Shown here piece by piece: positions 12,611 through 32,493 of a stretch of 52,479 nucleotides of DNA. The stretch is from Chromera velia. Taxonomy: Eukaryota. The stretch is taken from contig JAHBMJ010000238.1 of the NCBI GenBank assembly GCA_018398765.1, forward strand, positions 1-52,479. Reading direction: 5' to 3'. Position numbers and translations under genes: made by a program. The notes beneath the pieces are model-generated. The model did no database searches and was not told the DNA's origin. It was given only the letters and a program-made list of their open reading frames with translations. Position 1 is the stretch's first letter. Every line of letters starts with the position of its first letter.

Positions 12611-12984
12611 ACATTTCTAACATTTGATAGAAATTAACTATAATTTCTAACATATTAGAAATTAAAGGCTAATTTCTATAACTTTTTTAACTTTAAATTT
12701 CTATCACTTTTCTAATAACTTTTCTATCACTTTTCTAACTTTTTTTACAGGGTACATATTACTTAAAGGGGCCGTACGGTCCCGTACCCCACCGTACTAG
12801 TGCAGGCTAAGGCCTCACTCTTTCAATCTGTTTAGGATGTTTTAAAATTCAAATTATAAAAGAATTTTATTTGCATAATGTTGCTTATATGCTGACTCGG
12901 AGTAATGTCAAGAGAATTCAACACAAAAGACTGTCAAAAGTTAATGAAAAATTACTAAAATCTATTCTAAAGTTAAACTAAAAT
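12611..12984 (+). repeat. ~373-bp direct repeat, left copy (flanks LINE fragment)
   Basis: ACATTTCTAACATTTGATAG...CTAAAGTTAAACTAAAA matches 14644-15016 at roughly 95% by eye. Confidence 0.9.
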
Positions 12985-14643
12985 CTCCTCTTTCTTCTTT
13001 TCATCAACAATTTGCATAAGTCTGTCAGCTCCGATAATGAAAACAGGAATCAAAGCTCGGCTGGAGGTACTGATAGAGAGACTCCTGTCAGACTGTCTGA
13101 CGTTTTAATCGAAAGCATCGGATACGCTGACAACCTTGTTCTGTTTGCTCACAGTGCTTCTGACTTGCAGAAACGCCTGTTTCGCCTTGAGGACTATTGT
13201 AAGGAGCACGGCCTGAAGGTGAATTTAAAGAAGACAAAAGTTATGCGTCTCTCCTCCCCCCACCCCGACCTAGTGCCCCGGACCCCTTTTCTTTATAAAG
13301 GCAGACCAGTAGAAGCGGTGAGTAAATATAAGTATTTGGGCAACTGGGTTTTTGAGGGCGGGGACCTTAGCAGGACAGTCAAAGCCCGCATTGAGGCGGT
13401 AGAGAAGGCCTTGGGGGCGGTGTTTGGTACTCTCTCTTCTCTAGGCTTTGTTTCTCCCTTTCCTAAAATTATTTTGTTCAAGGCCGTCTGGCTGCCAGTC
13501 GCGCTGTATGGACTGGAAACGATCCCGCTGAGAAAGACAGATGTTGCCTGCCTCGATGCATTACAGTTACGTTTTGTTTGATGTTGTTTTGGTCTCTCCC
13601 ATCACTCCTTTGTTTCGCCTTCCCTTCTCTCTCTCTCTCTCGAGCCATTCAGTTCTCTACTTGGTAAGTTGAGTGGGGGCTTCATCTAATGCATCAAATT
13701 GATTGACCGTGCTCTACCCCAGGCAGTGTGGAATGAGTGCTTGGCTGGCTCATGTGAACCCTTTGTTAAGACAGTAAAATGGCTGGCCGTTCCATTGGAT
13801 TGCTCCCTTTTGTGGCCTCCATTGCCAAGCACGGTGGGGGACAAGTTTAAAGGGAAGGGCAAGGGCAGAAGGAAAAGGGCGGCAAAAAAGATTGTAGAGG
13901 GTGCCTGGCTGTCCGACTGGTTGAAAGAAGAAACTAGAAATGTTAGAGACAGAGATAGAATTTTTCCCCACCTTGCGAATCTCTCCCCTTTCCAATCAGA
14001 GAATCCATCCAGACAGCGTTTGGCCATGCACCTTCTGAGTGAAAGGAAATGGCGTCCAAGAAGTGAAATGATAGAGTGCAGTGTTGAACCTCTGCCAAAA
14101 AGTCTGTTGCAGTCCTCCGCAGGCTTCCGTATGCTTTTCAGGGCTCTCACAGGGGGGGATATAGATAGAACCCAACCAGAACGGCTGTGCGATAAATGTT
14201 TGTCCCCCTCACGTGTGATCAAAGATGAAGTTCATGTTCTGACGGAATGTAAAGACACAGAAAGGGAACGGAACAGGCTGAAAGAACTGTACGAAATTGC
14301 GAAGCAGAAAGCACCCATTGATATAAGAATACAGATCGCACAACGCGTTGCAGGTGCAACCGGGAGGAGCACTTCTAATAATGAGAAAAAAATGAAGGAT
14401 ATGGTGTTGCTATTGTGCACAATTCTGCCTAGAAGCGGTTCCAAAGCTATAGCCGACTGTTTCAAGAAGGTCCATTCTGTCGATAAGGCAAGTTGAAGCG
14501 AATCGATCCGATTGGCATGCAGGCTTCCTCATCCCCCCCCCCCATGAATGTGTGCTCCAGGTTATCCTCAAAGCCTTGCTAGTGGCTTGGGATTTGGCGT
14601 CGCTAAATCTAGGATTTAACCGTCAATCATCATCATCATCATC
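12985..14643 (+). mobile_element. 5'-truncated non-LTR retrotransposon (LINE): RT C-terminal half, CCHC, 3' UTR, (ATC)n tail; pseudogenised
   Basis: One frame from 12985: LLFLLFINNL, GYADNLVL (YADD-like), GLKVNLKKTKVM, YKYLG, ALYGLET, then CDKC...DEVHVLTEC, stop at 14496. Premature stops at 13579 (TGA) and 13687 (TAA). (ATC)6 tail at 14626-14643. Confidence 0.92.
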
Positions 14644-15016
14644 ACATTTCTAACATTTAATAGAAATTAACTATAATTTCTAATATATTAGAAATTAAAG
14701 GCTAATTTCTATAACTTTTTTAACTTTGAATTTCTATCACTTTTCTATCATTTTTCTAATAACTTTTCTAACTTTTTTTACAGGGTACATATTACTTAAA
14801 GGGGCCGTACGGTCCCGTACCCCACAGTACTAGTGCAGGCTAGGGCCTCACTCTTTCAATCTGTTTAGGGTGTTTCAAAATTTAAATTATAAAAGAATTT
14901 CATTTGCATAATGTTACTTATATGCTGACTCGGAGTAATGTCAAGAGAATTCAACACAAAATACTGTCAAAAGTTAATGAAAAATTACTAAAATCTATTC
15001 TAAAGTTAACCTAAAA
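14644..15016 (+). repeat. ~373-bp direct repeat, right copy
   Basis: Starts immediately after the LINE (ATC)n tail and duplicates 12611-12984. Confidence 0.9.
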
Positions 15017-15568
15017 ATTCCTAATCCTGACAACTTACTTACTTTCCCTGACACGGCGTTTCTTTTTTTAAAAAACATCAAATTACATGTTAATTAATAA
15101 ACAAATTCATTCAGATTGGTAAAGACCGTAAGGAATCAGAAGCTTTATACAAAAAAGTTCAGTCTTATGCAACTATATGCAATTAAATCTTATATATGAA
15201 CAAGACAAAAAACACAAACTAAATGTAACATTTTCTGTTTGTATATACTACCAATTTGGTTACTGTTAATTACTGTTACGTTTATTCACTGTGATGGAAC
15301 AGTCCGTAATAATGCACATCGGCGATAGATTACATCAATGCATTTTCTGACTTTCGGCAAGACATGCACATCTTTCTTTAATTCACTCTGCATGACCAAA
15401 GTGAGCAAACTGGCTTCCGAATTGGCGGGTCACTTTTGACTTTGTTTTCTCTTCCCTGCGCTCCATCACCGCACATTCCTTCTCTGTCTCTTCCCTCTCC
15501 ACTCAGGTAATCATGTAATCAACTTTCTTGCAACTGAACGAAACGGCCCATGAATGAAGTCTATCACG

Positions 15569-17630
15569 TCACTTTCTGCCCCCTCTCTGATCTCCAAACC
15601 CAGGTACTTTGAACTGTCCCGAAAACCCACTTGAGGTTCCAATTGTCTCCTCAAACATTCGCCTCTTCCTTTCCATCTCATCCATCTCCCCTCCCTTCGT
15701 TCTTTGACTATCCGACCCCCCTCCCCCCACTTGGGAGGACCCCCATGAGTCCAGTGGCCCGTCACCAGGCACGATCCCCTTCCGTCTCTGCTGCCTCTGC
15801 TGCTGGCCTCTTCTCGAAGCCGCAGGGGGGAAGGTGTCAAATGGTTCCTCCGACGCCGATGGTTTCTCTCGACTACTCAACGACTCTTTCAAACTGCCTG
15901 ACGGAGGCGCATTTCGAGACGATGATTCTGCGGGCAGAACCCCGAAGTGCCTTCCCCCCCCCCCTTCCCCTGTCTCCACGCTTGCCCCAAAGCTCTCTGG
16001 GGTCCCTGGGGGAAGAAAGGGAGACCGAGACACAACGATGTTTCCGTCTACATCCCGAAGATTTCTTCTGTACCACGGCGGCAGATTAACGGACCCCGAC
16101 TCACCGGGAGACGGAGACAGAGACCTGCCCCCACTTTCCCTTTCCGTTGCAGCCCCCTGAAACCCGAAGGCTCCTGGTCCCCCCCCCTGCCGCATGTGTG
16201 TTTCACTGCTGTCAGCATTGGAAAAGGCGGTTGGAGCTCCCGGTGGGCTCTCTCCTTCTCTCTCTCTTTGGTTGAAGGGGAACTGCTGGAGAGGGGCGGG
16301 GGTCTGGAGGAGACGGTCAGCGGGAGGACCCGAGAATGAGGGTCGACTCGAGGACTCTGGTCCCGGTGTCAATGAGGAAGAGGAGGAAGAAGGAAGTGAG
16401 GAGACAGAGGAGGGGCGCTCAGGGGAATTCCGTATGGGAGAGGCGCCCGGAGTGAAAGACCGTCTCATGATCTCTGCCTCACCCTCCATCTCTTCCCCTT
16501 GTCTCGGATATGTCTCTTCTTTCTCTGCTGCTATTTGCATGTTGTCACCAAGGGGAGAAGAAGGAGATGGCGGATTGGGTGGAAACTTCTCAACAGACTG
16601 CAGGGTGTTTGGGAGAGGCGGAAGCTCAGAGGGCACTTCTCCAACCCTCCGCATGTCAACAGCAACTGACTCTGAAGGCAAAACGCCGGCCTTGAAGAGA
16701 TCGGCCCTAGTTTGATCGACCAGCTGTTCGTCTCTGATCTCCCTCTGTCGGTCTCCGTCTCCCATCAGCTGCTTCAGTCTCTCTGCAGCCTCTGGAGACC
16801 TGCAACAAATAATTAAACAGAAAGAATTTGGAGCTGGGTGTTCATTCACGACTTCTTTTCTTCACGTGATATACTTCGACATGAGAAGAGAGAGCTTTCC
16901 ATCGGTCCCGCACAGAGAATCAGGCCTCCCTCTTCGTATTCTCGCTCGCTTTTCACGTAAAAGAAGCTGGGGTTCTCTTTTTGCCAAATTAGCGGTAGAA
17001 CATGCAGCCTCTTTCCCCCCCCCTGCTTTTTGTGCCGACTTTTCTCTCTTCCGCTCTATCGACCTGCCCGGCTGCGTGCCTCTTTGCTCTCTTCCTCAGA
17101 AAAACCGTACTTACTGCCTTGGTGACCCTTTACTTCTACGCTTTCCCGGACATTCTCTTTGGTCTCCGGTCCTTCGATCAATTTAAGTTTTTGCTCTCAC
17201 AAAACTATCTTCTCCCTCAGGACAAAAGAACAACCATCTATCATACGAGGTTGCGACTCACTTGAGGAATTCCTTCATTGCCATGTCACTCCGCTTGTCT
17301 GCATCCTTCGACATATCCTTCAACCGCTGGTCCAAGAGAGCCCGTCGCGCCGCTGCTGCCCTCTCTCTGTCATCCCCCCACCCTCTATCGTCTTGTCTCT
17401 TCCCCCATTTCATGGCATACCCAAATATTTTGTCGTTGTCGCGGGCCTGCACAAAAAGCAGCGGACGCATGACCAGAGTCCTGCATGCATAATTCGATTC
17501 TCACATCCCCTGCAACTTCATTCACCGCATTTTTTACCCATATATGAATATGCCTGCAAGCCCTTATCTTGTATTTTGGCCCTCGGGGACATGGTCCCCC
17601 TTTCTGCTTGCCCCAGAGACGAAAGACGAA
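15569..17630 (-). pseudogene. Hypothetical multi-exon protein with a long Pro/Ser/Gly-rich terminal exon; upstream part disrupted
   Basis: Open exon 16799-15569 (~410 codons) joins through a 50-nt GT-AG intron (16849-16800) to ...IWQKENPSFFYVKSEREYEEGGLILCAGPMESSLFSCRSISREEKK. Upstream in that frame are in-frame TAG (~17057) and TGA (~17188), and frame changes near 17380. Confidence 0.45.
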
Positions 17631-17735
17631 CAAAAAAAGTGCAATTGCACAGAAGAAGAAACGACAAAACGCCTACGCCAAAAAAGGGAGATGAACAAGC
17701 GTGAATGAATGAATGCGCACGGACACGACACAAAC

Positions 17736-26079
<8,344 letters not shown>

Positions 26080-26832
26080 CACCGTCGAAGAGCAAAAAAA
26101 ACAACGCCTCGAGGCGAACAAAAACAAAGGGACCCCACAGACGAGTGTGCTCCGAAATTGGACAAGTGAGGCTCTTATGGGACACAATTTAATGCATTCA
26201 GAGAGCTGATCGAATTGAGCTGGTCAAGACAATCGCAAAACAAGCTCCGTCTTCTGACGGAACAAAAACGGGACACAGCTGTGACACTACTGGACACAAT
26301 ATGATCCGAATTTTCTCTTCGTGTGAAGCGCTCACAGTAGCCCCTCATGTGCATACTTCTCGACCTGCAGCCTCTGCACTCTCCCAACTGTATGCTTCTC
26401 ACTCATCATTCTCATAATTGCACATATTGCGCCGGGCATTCCTTTTGTGATGCACACGGTGAACTTGACTTCGAAGGGAACGAATAAAATTGCCGACGCA
26501 AAAAAAAAAAAAAAAAAAATGCATCGATGTATAGCTAGCTAGCTCGCGCGCGGGCGCCGCCGCCGCCCCCGCCGCGAGCTTAATCGCGCGTACCACGCGC
26601 GTGTGCGCGGTCCCAGAAGGCTTATCCCCAAATTTGAAACCGCGATCTCTCCATATGCAACGCTCATGCACAGTCACTGCGTGAGAGACTAGTGATTCAT
26701 GATCGAGTCTACTCTCAGCATTGACAAGCTTGTGTAATTGTCAATTCGATCATGTATGGCCACTAGCTGTGTCATAATGAGACAAAGCATCGGCTCTCTC
26801 TGAAAAAAGGAAGAAAAGAAAAGGCGAACAAG

Positions 26833-27785
26833 ATGGCACCAGTAGGGCCTGGGGCCTCTGCCCCTGCCGCTGTGGTTGCCCTGTGCGGTGTTCTGGCGAG
26901 TGCGGGCGGGATGATTGCGTACGGTGTGATGTCTGCACAAAAGCTGGAAGTCCTGATTGACCAGTGGATCCCCTTCTGGTTTGCTCTCAACCTTGGCGTC
27001 CTCTCCGTAGAGGCTCTTTACCTGAACTACAAACCTGGCGCTTTTCTGGGACACCTGAACGTGTATATCAACATCGGGTACATTATGTGGGCTGTTCTTG
27101 CAATCATCATATCGATGATATCCTATGCTGTGATTGGATGGGCAAGTCCAGGTAGGTTGGCTGGAGGATTTCTTTTTCTAGATTGTGCATTCAACCATGT
27201 GTTGTTCTTGTTCATGGTGTTGCGTAGCAGTTTTCTTGGTGGCTTGGACATGTGTTGTGTTGCATTGATTTGAATAGCTGCCGATGTAATGACCCCTGAA
27301 CTTGTCAGGTTCACTGCAACCATGGTGGTAATGCAGTGCTTTGAAAAGCGTAGATAGTGACTCTTCATTTCTGGTCAACGGTGTTGCGTGCAGCGATTTG
27401 GGCTGCTGTTGGCATAGTGCCGTGTGGACTGATCGGATACCTTACGAAGCTGAGAGGGACTGAGGGGGGCGGAGAAAAGCCAAGCATCGCGTGCATGATC
27501 TGTCACTTTTTCAATTTCTTCATCAAGTTTGCCCACGTCGCGGTCCTGTTCTTCCTGCTTTTCGGGGCCGCAGCAATCGCGTGGTCTGAAAACAACTTTG
27601 CGGCCCGAGGGAAAATGACTGGTATCGCCCTGTCGGACGGGGTGACTTACAACATCCACGTGCTGTGTGAGGGTTCAGGATCGGACAACAGGCCGACGGT
27701 CTGGATCGTGCCTCCGTCCACTCACGGAACGCCAGACCTCTACGGTGTACAGAACGCAATGGTGGAACTTGGGTGGAAAGTCAGC

Positions 27786-27827
<42 letters not shown>

Positions 27828-28697
27828 GCACACACACGCACGCACACACACGCACACACACACACACACACGTGCGCACACACACGCACGCGCTCACTCA
27901 CAGATGGTTTCCATAGATTTTTTTCCACTCGAATTTATGCGTCATTGAAGCATTTTTTGCTCTTGGTGGGCACTTTCTGTCCTTTCATTTCTGTTGGGTC
28001 GTCTCTTTCTCACTCCAATCTCTTTGCATTTTTCTGTTTTTCAATTTCAATGGTCTTCTACGTCTCCCTTGTGTGCCTGTGTGTTCGAGAGGTAAGAAAG
28101 AAACATGAAGGATTCAGTGCCCGTGTCCCGGCTTCATCTTTTCTCATCACATTCCCTTTCTCTCAGTCCTTCTATCTTACCCTTCTTCTCCGTGCCAGGC
28201 TGGTCGCATTGATCCTCCTGGAGGATGCATAGAGCAAAAACAAAAGGCTGCATGGAATCCTCCCCACTCTCCTTCTGGACATGCCGACATCTTGCGCTCA
28301 GGCTGACTCAAGACTCACGCTTTGACTGTGCATAGTGTCTCATTAATTATTCACATACATGCATCCCCCCCCGCGTACATGCATGAAGGTTTGTACCTTC
28401 GACCCCCCCGGATATGCGTGGTCGGACCCCCTCCGGTCTTCTCTTTTGGGCCCCAGCTGGAACGGCATTTTCGACTCCATCCTCGATGCAGGTAGGTAGG
28501 TGCGTGCGTCACTCAATCACGCATACTGCCCGCTCCGCTGTGCATGAAATTTGAATGTGCTGAGTGACGGACGGGCACATACACCAGGAGGGAGCGGTGA
28601 GGACGGAAGACAAGTGGGGCAGTGAGGCTTTCGTGAGAATCAAAACAGTAGAGGTTGATGAATTGCCGGAATGATGCTTTTCTTTTGTGGACAAGAA

Positions 28698-28733
<36 letters not shown>

Positions 28734-31700
28734 GTGTGCGTGTTTATGTGTGTGTGTGGNNNNNNNNNNNNNNNAGTGGGGTGCGCATGGACGCACGCGG
28801 CTGTGTCTCTGTATTTGCGTGTTGTGTTATGTAATGGCTGTGAAGACAGCCACCAAGCCCTGTGCGGTGCTTCTCTTTGCAAACATCCGTGTATGTATTA
28901 ATATACAAAAGGGTCTGTCTGCCTTCATTCAATTCCTTTTGTCCAAATCGATGAGTGCATCCGGGGGTGCAGATGAGGAGACGGGGGCTTCTCCGGTGGT
29001 CCTGGTGGCGTGGAACACTGGAGGCGGAGACGTGGCGGTGGAGTTTGCCCATAGAGTGCCGGAGAGGGTAAGTAAGTCTGAGTGGAACAACAGCTTTCTG
29101 CTGTCTTTCTTTGTGTGTTCTAATGGAACAGCACAGGAGGGTACACGACGGGTAGATATATAATTAGTGTGATCACCCTCTCCTAAAAGCACCTCGCGAC
29201 TGTTCACATTCCTTCGGTTTCAAAAGATCTGTGCCACTTCAGTGCTGGTGAGTGCCTTGGCTGAGTAGGGGGACCTCCAGGGTTTCAGTTGAGCTATCTG
29301 TGTATGTCCACATTCGCCTGCTAATCTCTGGCCCATACGTACGGGTCAACATGAGTGCCCTGCCCATCTTTTTGCACGAAGATGAGCACCCAGGCGGAAT
29401 CCTTCTGAGAGGGTTCCCGTTGTAAGCGCGTCTGCACCTGTACGCTTCCTGGCAAAATTTCCCCATGAGTGCAGGTGAGTGCCTTGGTCCTCCTGGAGGT
29501 GAACCCCCCTGGAGTAGAGTGGGACGAGTACCAAGCGAGGGAGAATGTGGGGGACGGTGAGAGGAAGAGCTACAAGGTGAAGACTTTGGACGAGAGGAAG
29601 TACGTGGCTGGACTGATGCTGGGCATCATGGCACCCTCAGGTGGGGGGTCAGAGGCGTTTATTTTCGTAAAGAATTCTGTATGAAAATAAAAGTAAAAAT
29701 AAAGAATAAAAAGAATTCTCTATGAAAATAAACGCTGGGCATCATGGCACCCTCAGGTGGGGGGGTCAGAGGCGTACGGCTTTTTTGCATGCATATATGG
29801 AAAGTTAGATGTGTTGGTTTATGTGCTCATTCATCCATGAATGAACAGGAGAAAGTCGTCTTTCTTCTTTGAACGAACATACTTGCATTGGGATGGAGCT
29901 TTGTTTTCTTGCTTCGTTTTCATTGCCCCCGCTCACTTTGTCTGATATCCGGTTTGCACATCAATTAAAGCTTTGACTACCTGAATGCTTCAGACAGGGA
30001 GCCGAACGATGTGCAAGCATTGCTCTGCAACATGTAATTTATGTGCCTTTACAGTCCGTTAAGTGTGCGTTCGCGCGCAAAGCGTGAAAACATATTTTGA
30101 GTGAGATGTTCAACCTCCTGCGCGTCGTGCACTGCTGTGACTGGCCTGTTTTCCAGCCAGCGAACGCGACCTTCTTTTGTCCGCATTCTACCAGCTTGTG
30201 TCTCTGGCGGGCTGTCAAACGCTGCTCTTGGCAATTGGCACTGTGCACTTTGCCAGTTTTGCATCACGAGATTTTAGACTTGTTTTTGCGGGGTGCTGAT
30301 AGTATGGACATTTTCGCGTGTATGAGTGAATGTACGCACGCAGGACTTCTGCAAGCAGTGACCCCAGTGGACCCCCAGGACGATTCGTACAAGCCTGAGG
30401 ACAGATGGAGGGAGTACAGGGCGCAGACGTGGAGACCCAAACTGTGAGTCAGTCCGGCGCTCCTTGTACAGCCGCGTGACATTGTCGTACGGCACGGCTT
30501 TTTTGTTTGGCGACAGAAAAGAACCGGCGGGCTCTGACTTTGAGACCGAAAGTGACAGTGGGGGTCGGGACTTCTTCGTTTGTCTTTCAGTCAGTCCACC
30601 AAAGTGGTGGAGCGCATGTGTGCACACTGTGAGCAATTTTTTTTTCATTTTTTTCCCCTTCCTCAGGAGGATATGTCGAGTCACAAAAACGGCAGATCTC
30701 TGTGTCCGAAAAGCATTCTGGGAGAAGAGTAGGGGGGGCGTGCGAGTCTGATTCGTTTCTCGCAAGTGAGCGTCGGGCCATTTCTGCACAGACCCCGGCA
30801 TCTGCTTGGTCTTCATGGCTTGTCTGATATGGGAATCTAGCTACTTGCAGCAGCTGATACTAAAGGAGTGAGAGACTGACGAGATGTGTGGGGCAAGGCA
30901 GAAAGGAAGGAAAGGAACGAAAAGATGCCGAGAAATAGAGTCTCTGCCTGTCTCTTTGTCAGTCAGTCTGTCTGTCTATATGGTTTGTCTATGTCCGTGA
31001 GTTTGCATCTGTCCTCCGTGCAAATTCATCAATCAACTCTCTGTACGTCCAACTTGCCCTGCATAGGTACGTCAACCACTACTGGTTGCTTGACTACCAG
31101 CTGAATACAGACAAGGACGACCACCCCCTTTCGACGATCACGAACCTGACGATGCCTGTGACTGCAGTTCTCTGCGACATAACCCCTGAGCAGGCATGCA
31201 AAGTCCGCGAGGGGGAGGAGAGTCTCTCATACGGAGAATGCAAAGAGGCCCAATACGCAGCAGTGTCAGTCAGTCACTCAGCCAGACGGCTGGTGTGCCA
31301 GTATATGAATTTCCGACTTACTTTCATCTCTGTTTAACATCTCTTGCAAGGCTAAAGTCCGTGTACTTTGGATGGATGTGGAATCGATCCTGGTCAAAAG
31401 AATTCATACAGGCGCAAGGCACAAAAGTTTGATGATAGGGCAGACAGCAAGTCACAGCTAGTTTAAGTTGTCAAGTCTGAGGTCCAAGTTGCTTTCCAAA
31501 GAAACTTAATTCCTCCATCAAAGATCGGAACCCAACATGCATGCACCTCTCGGGCAGGTCCAGAAACACATGCGTTCAATTCGACCCCGCCGTCAACTTG
31601 CCTCCCTGTCTATAATGCAAGAGAAGCATCCCAAATCAAAATTCTCCGGTGTCTGAACCTGTCTCTTCCCTGTCTGCAGATATGAAACAAGTGCACAGCG

Positions 31701-31857
31701 TGAGCTCGCTGTTCGTCTACAAAGCTCCTCCAATGGTTCTCCTTACATGTTCAACATGACAATGGACTACTGCGATCTGGACCTGCCACTGATGTTTCCT
31801 TCGGAGACTGCAAATGCGTTGCACGAGACGCTTCAGACATTAAACTTGTCAAATTAA
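26833..31857 (+). CDS. Multi-exon membrane protein with a C-terminal alpha/beta-hydrolase fold (atypical catalytic motifs)
   Basis: ATG at 26833, several TM segments, then IHVLCEGSG...PTVWIV, VCTFDPPGYAWSD, PVVLVAWNTGGGDVAVEFAHRVPERVSALVLLE, MPVTAVLC, ending LMFPSETANALHETLQTLNLSN* (TAA 31855-31857). GT-AG bounded exons at about 26833-27151, 27357-27779, 28389-28491, 28972-29067, 29475-29640, 30344-30443, 31067-31265 and 31680-31857. Confidence 0.8.
29618..29775. repeat. 41-42-bp direct duplication of an exon end plus splice donor, around a 75-bp AT-rich fold-back insert
   Basis: GCTGGGCATCATGGCACCCTCAGGTGGGGGG(G)TCAGAGGCGT at 29618-29658 and 29734-29775. The spacer ends are inverted repeats (TTTATTTTCGTAAAGAATTC / GAATTCTCTATGAAAATAAA). 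Confidence 0.85.
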
Positions 31858-32493
31858 CAACTTGACGGTCACAATTCAGTTCATCTTAGACCAAAAAAAT
31901 AGTTGAATGCAGAAAAGCACTGGCAATTCACTACCGTGACACAAAGACCGTTTTTTAACTTTCAAGTTTGTTCTCATGTAGGAAAAATTGGAGGAAAGTT
32001 TGAAAAAAAAAGTTTGAACAATTACAAAATACAAAAAAAAAATGAACTTATACTATGCGTACTGAAGGTCAACCAGTTCTAACTTTTGAAGTGCGGGCCA
32101 TCTTTTACAGTGCTTTTTATAAACATTTATACGTGAACTGCATATTTTACATGGACATTCATTTTATATATTTAATTGTTAGCATATTTGAATATTAATT
32201 TTTTTCTTTCAATTTTTCACTAAATTGTTTTTAATATTGATCTTGTGCCTATAATATAGACATCACAAAATCTAGCGCAAAACTATGTGAAGTGTTATTT
32301 GAGTTTTAAAATATTATGATGATCATTATACAGAGGGGGAAGGGTCTTCTACGAGCTGTCTTCTGTCTTCTGCGAGCTGCACTCTCAGAGCGAATCAGAA
32401 CGAAAGCTTCCCGAGAAGAAAAGGTGAAGAGACGGCAAAGTTTTGGATACATGTGCAACAGTCAAAAATCCTTAGCCATCTCACTTTTTCTTT

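Noticed and set aside
12611..15016. LTR retrotransposon (direct repeats flanking an RT)
   Set aside because: No TG...CA ends, PBS, PPT, gag, protease or integrase. The RT and tail are of non-LTR type.
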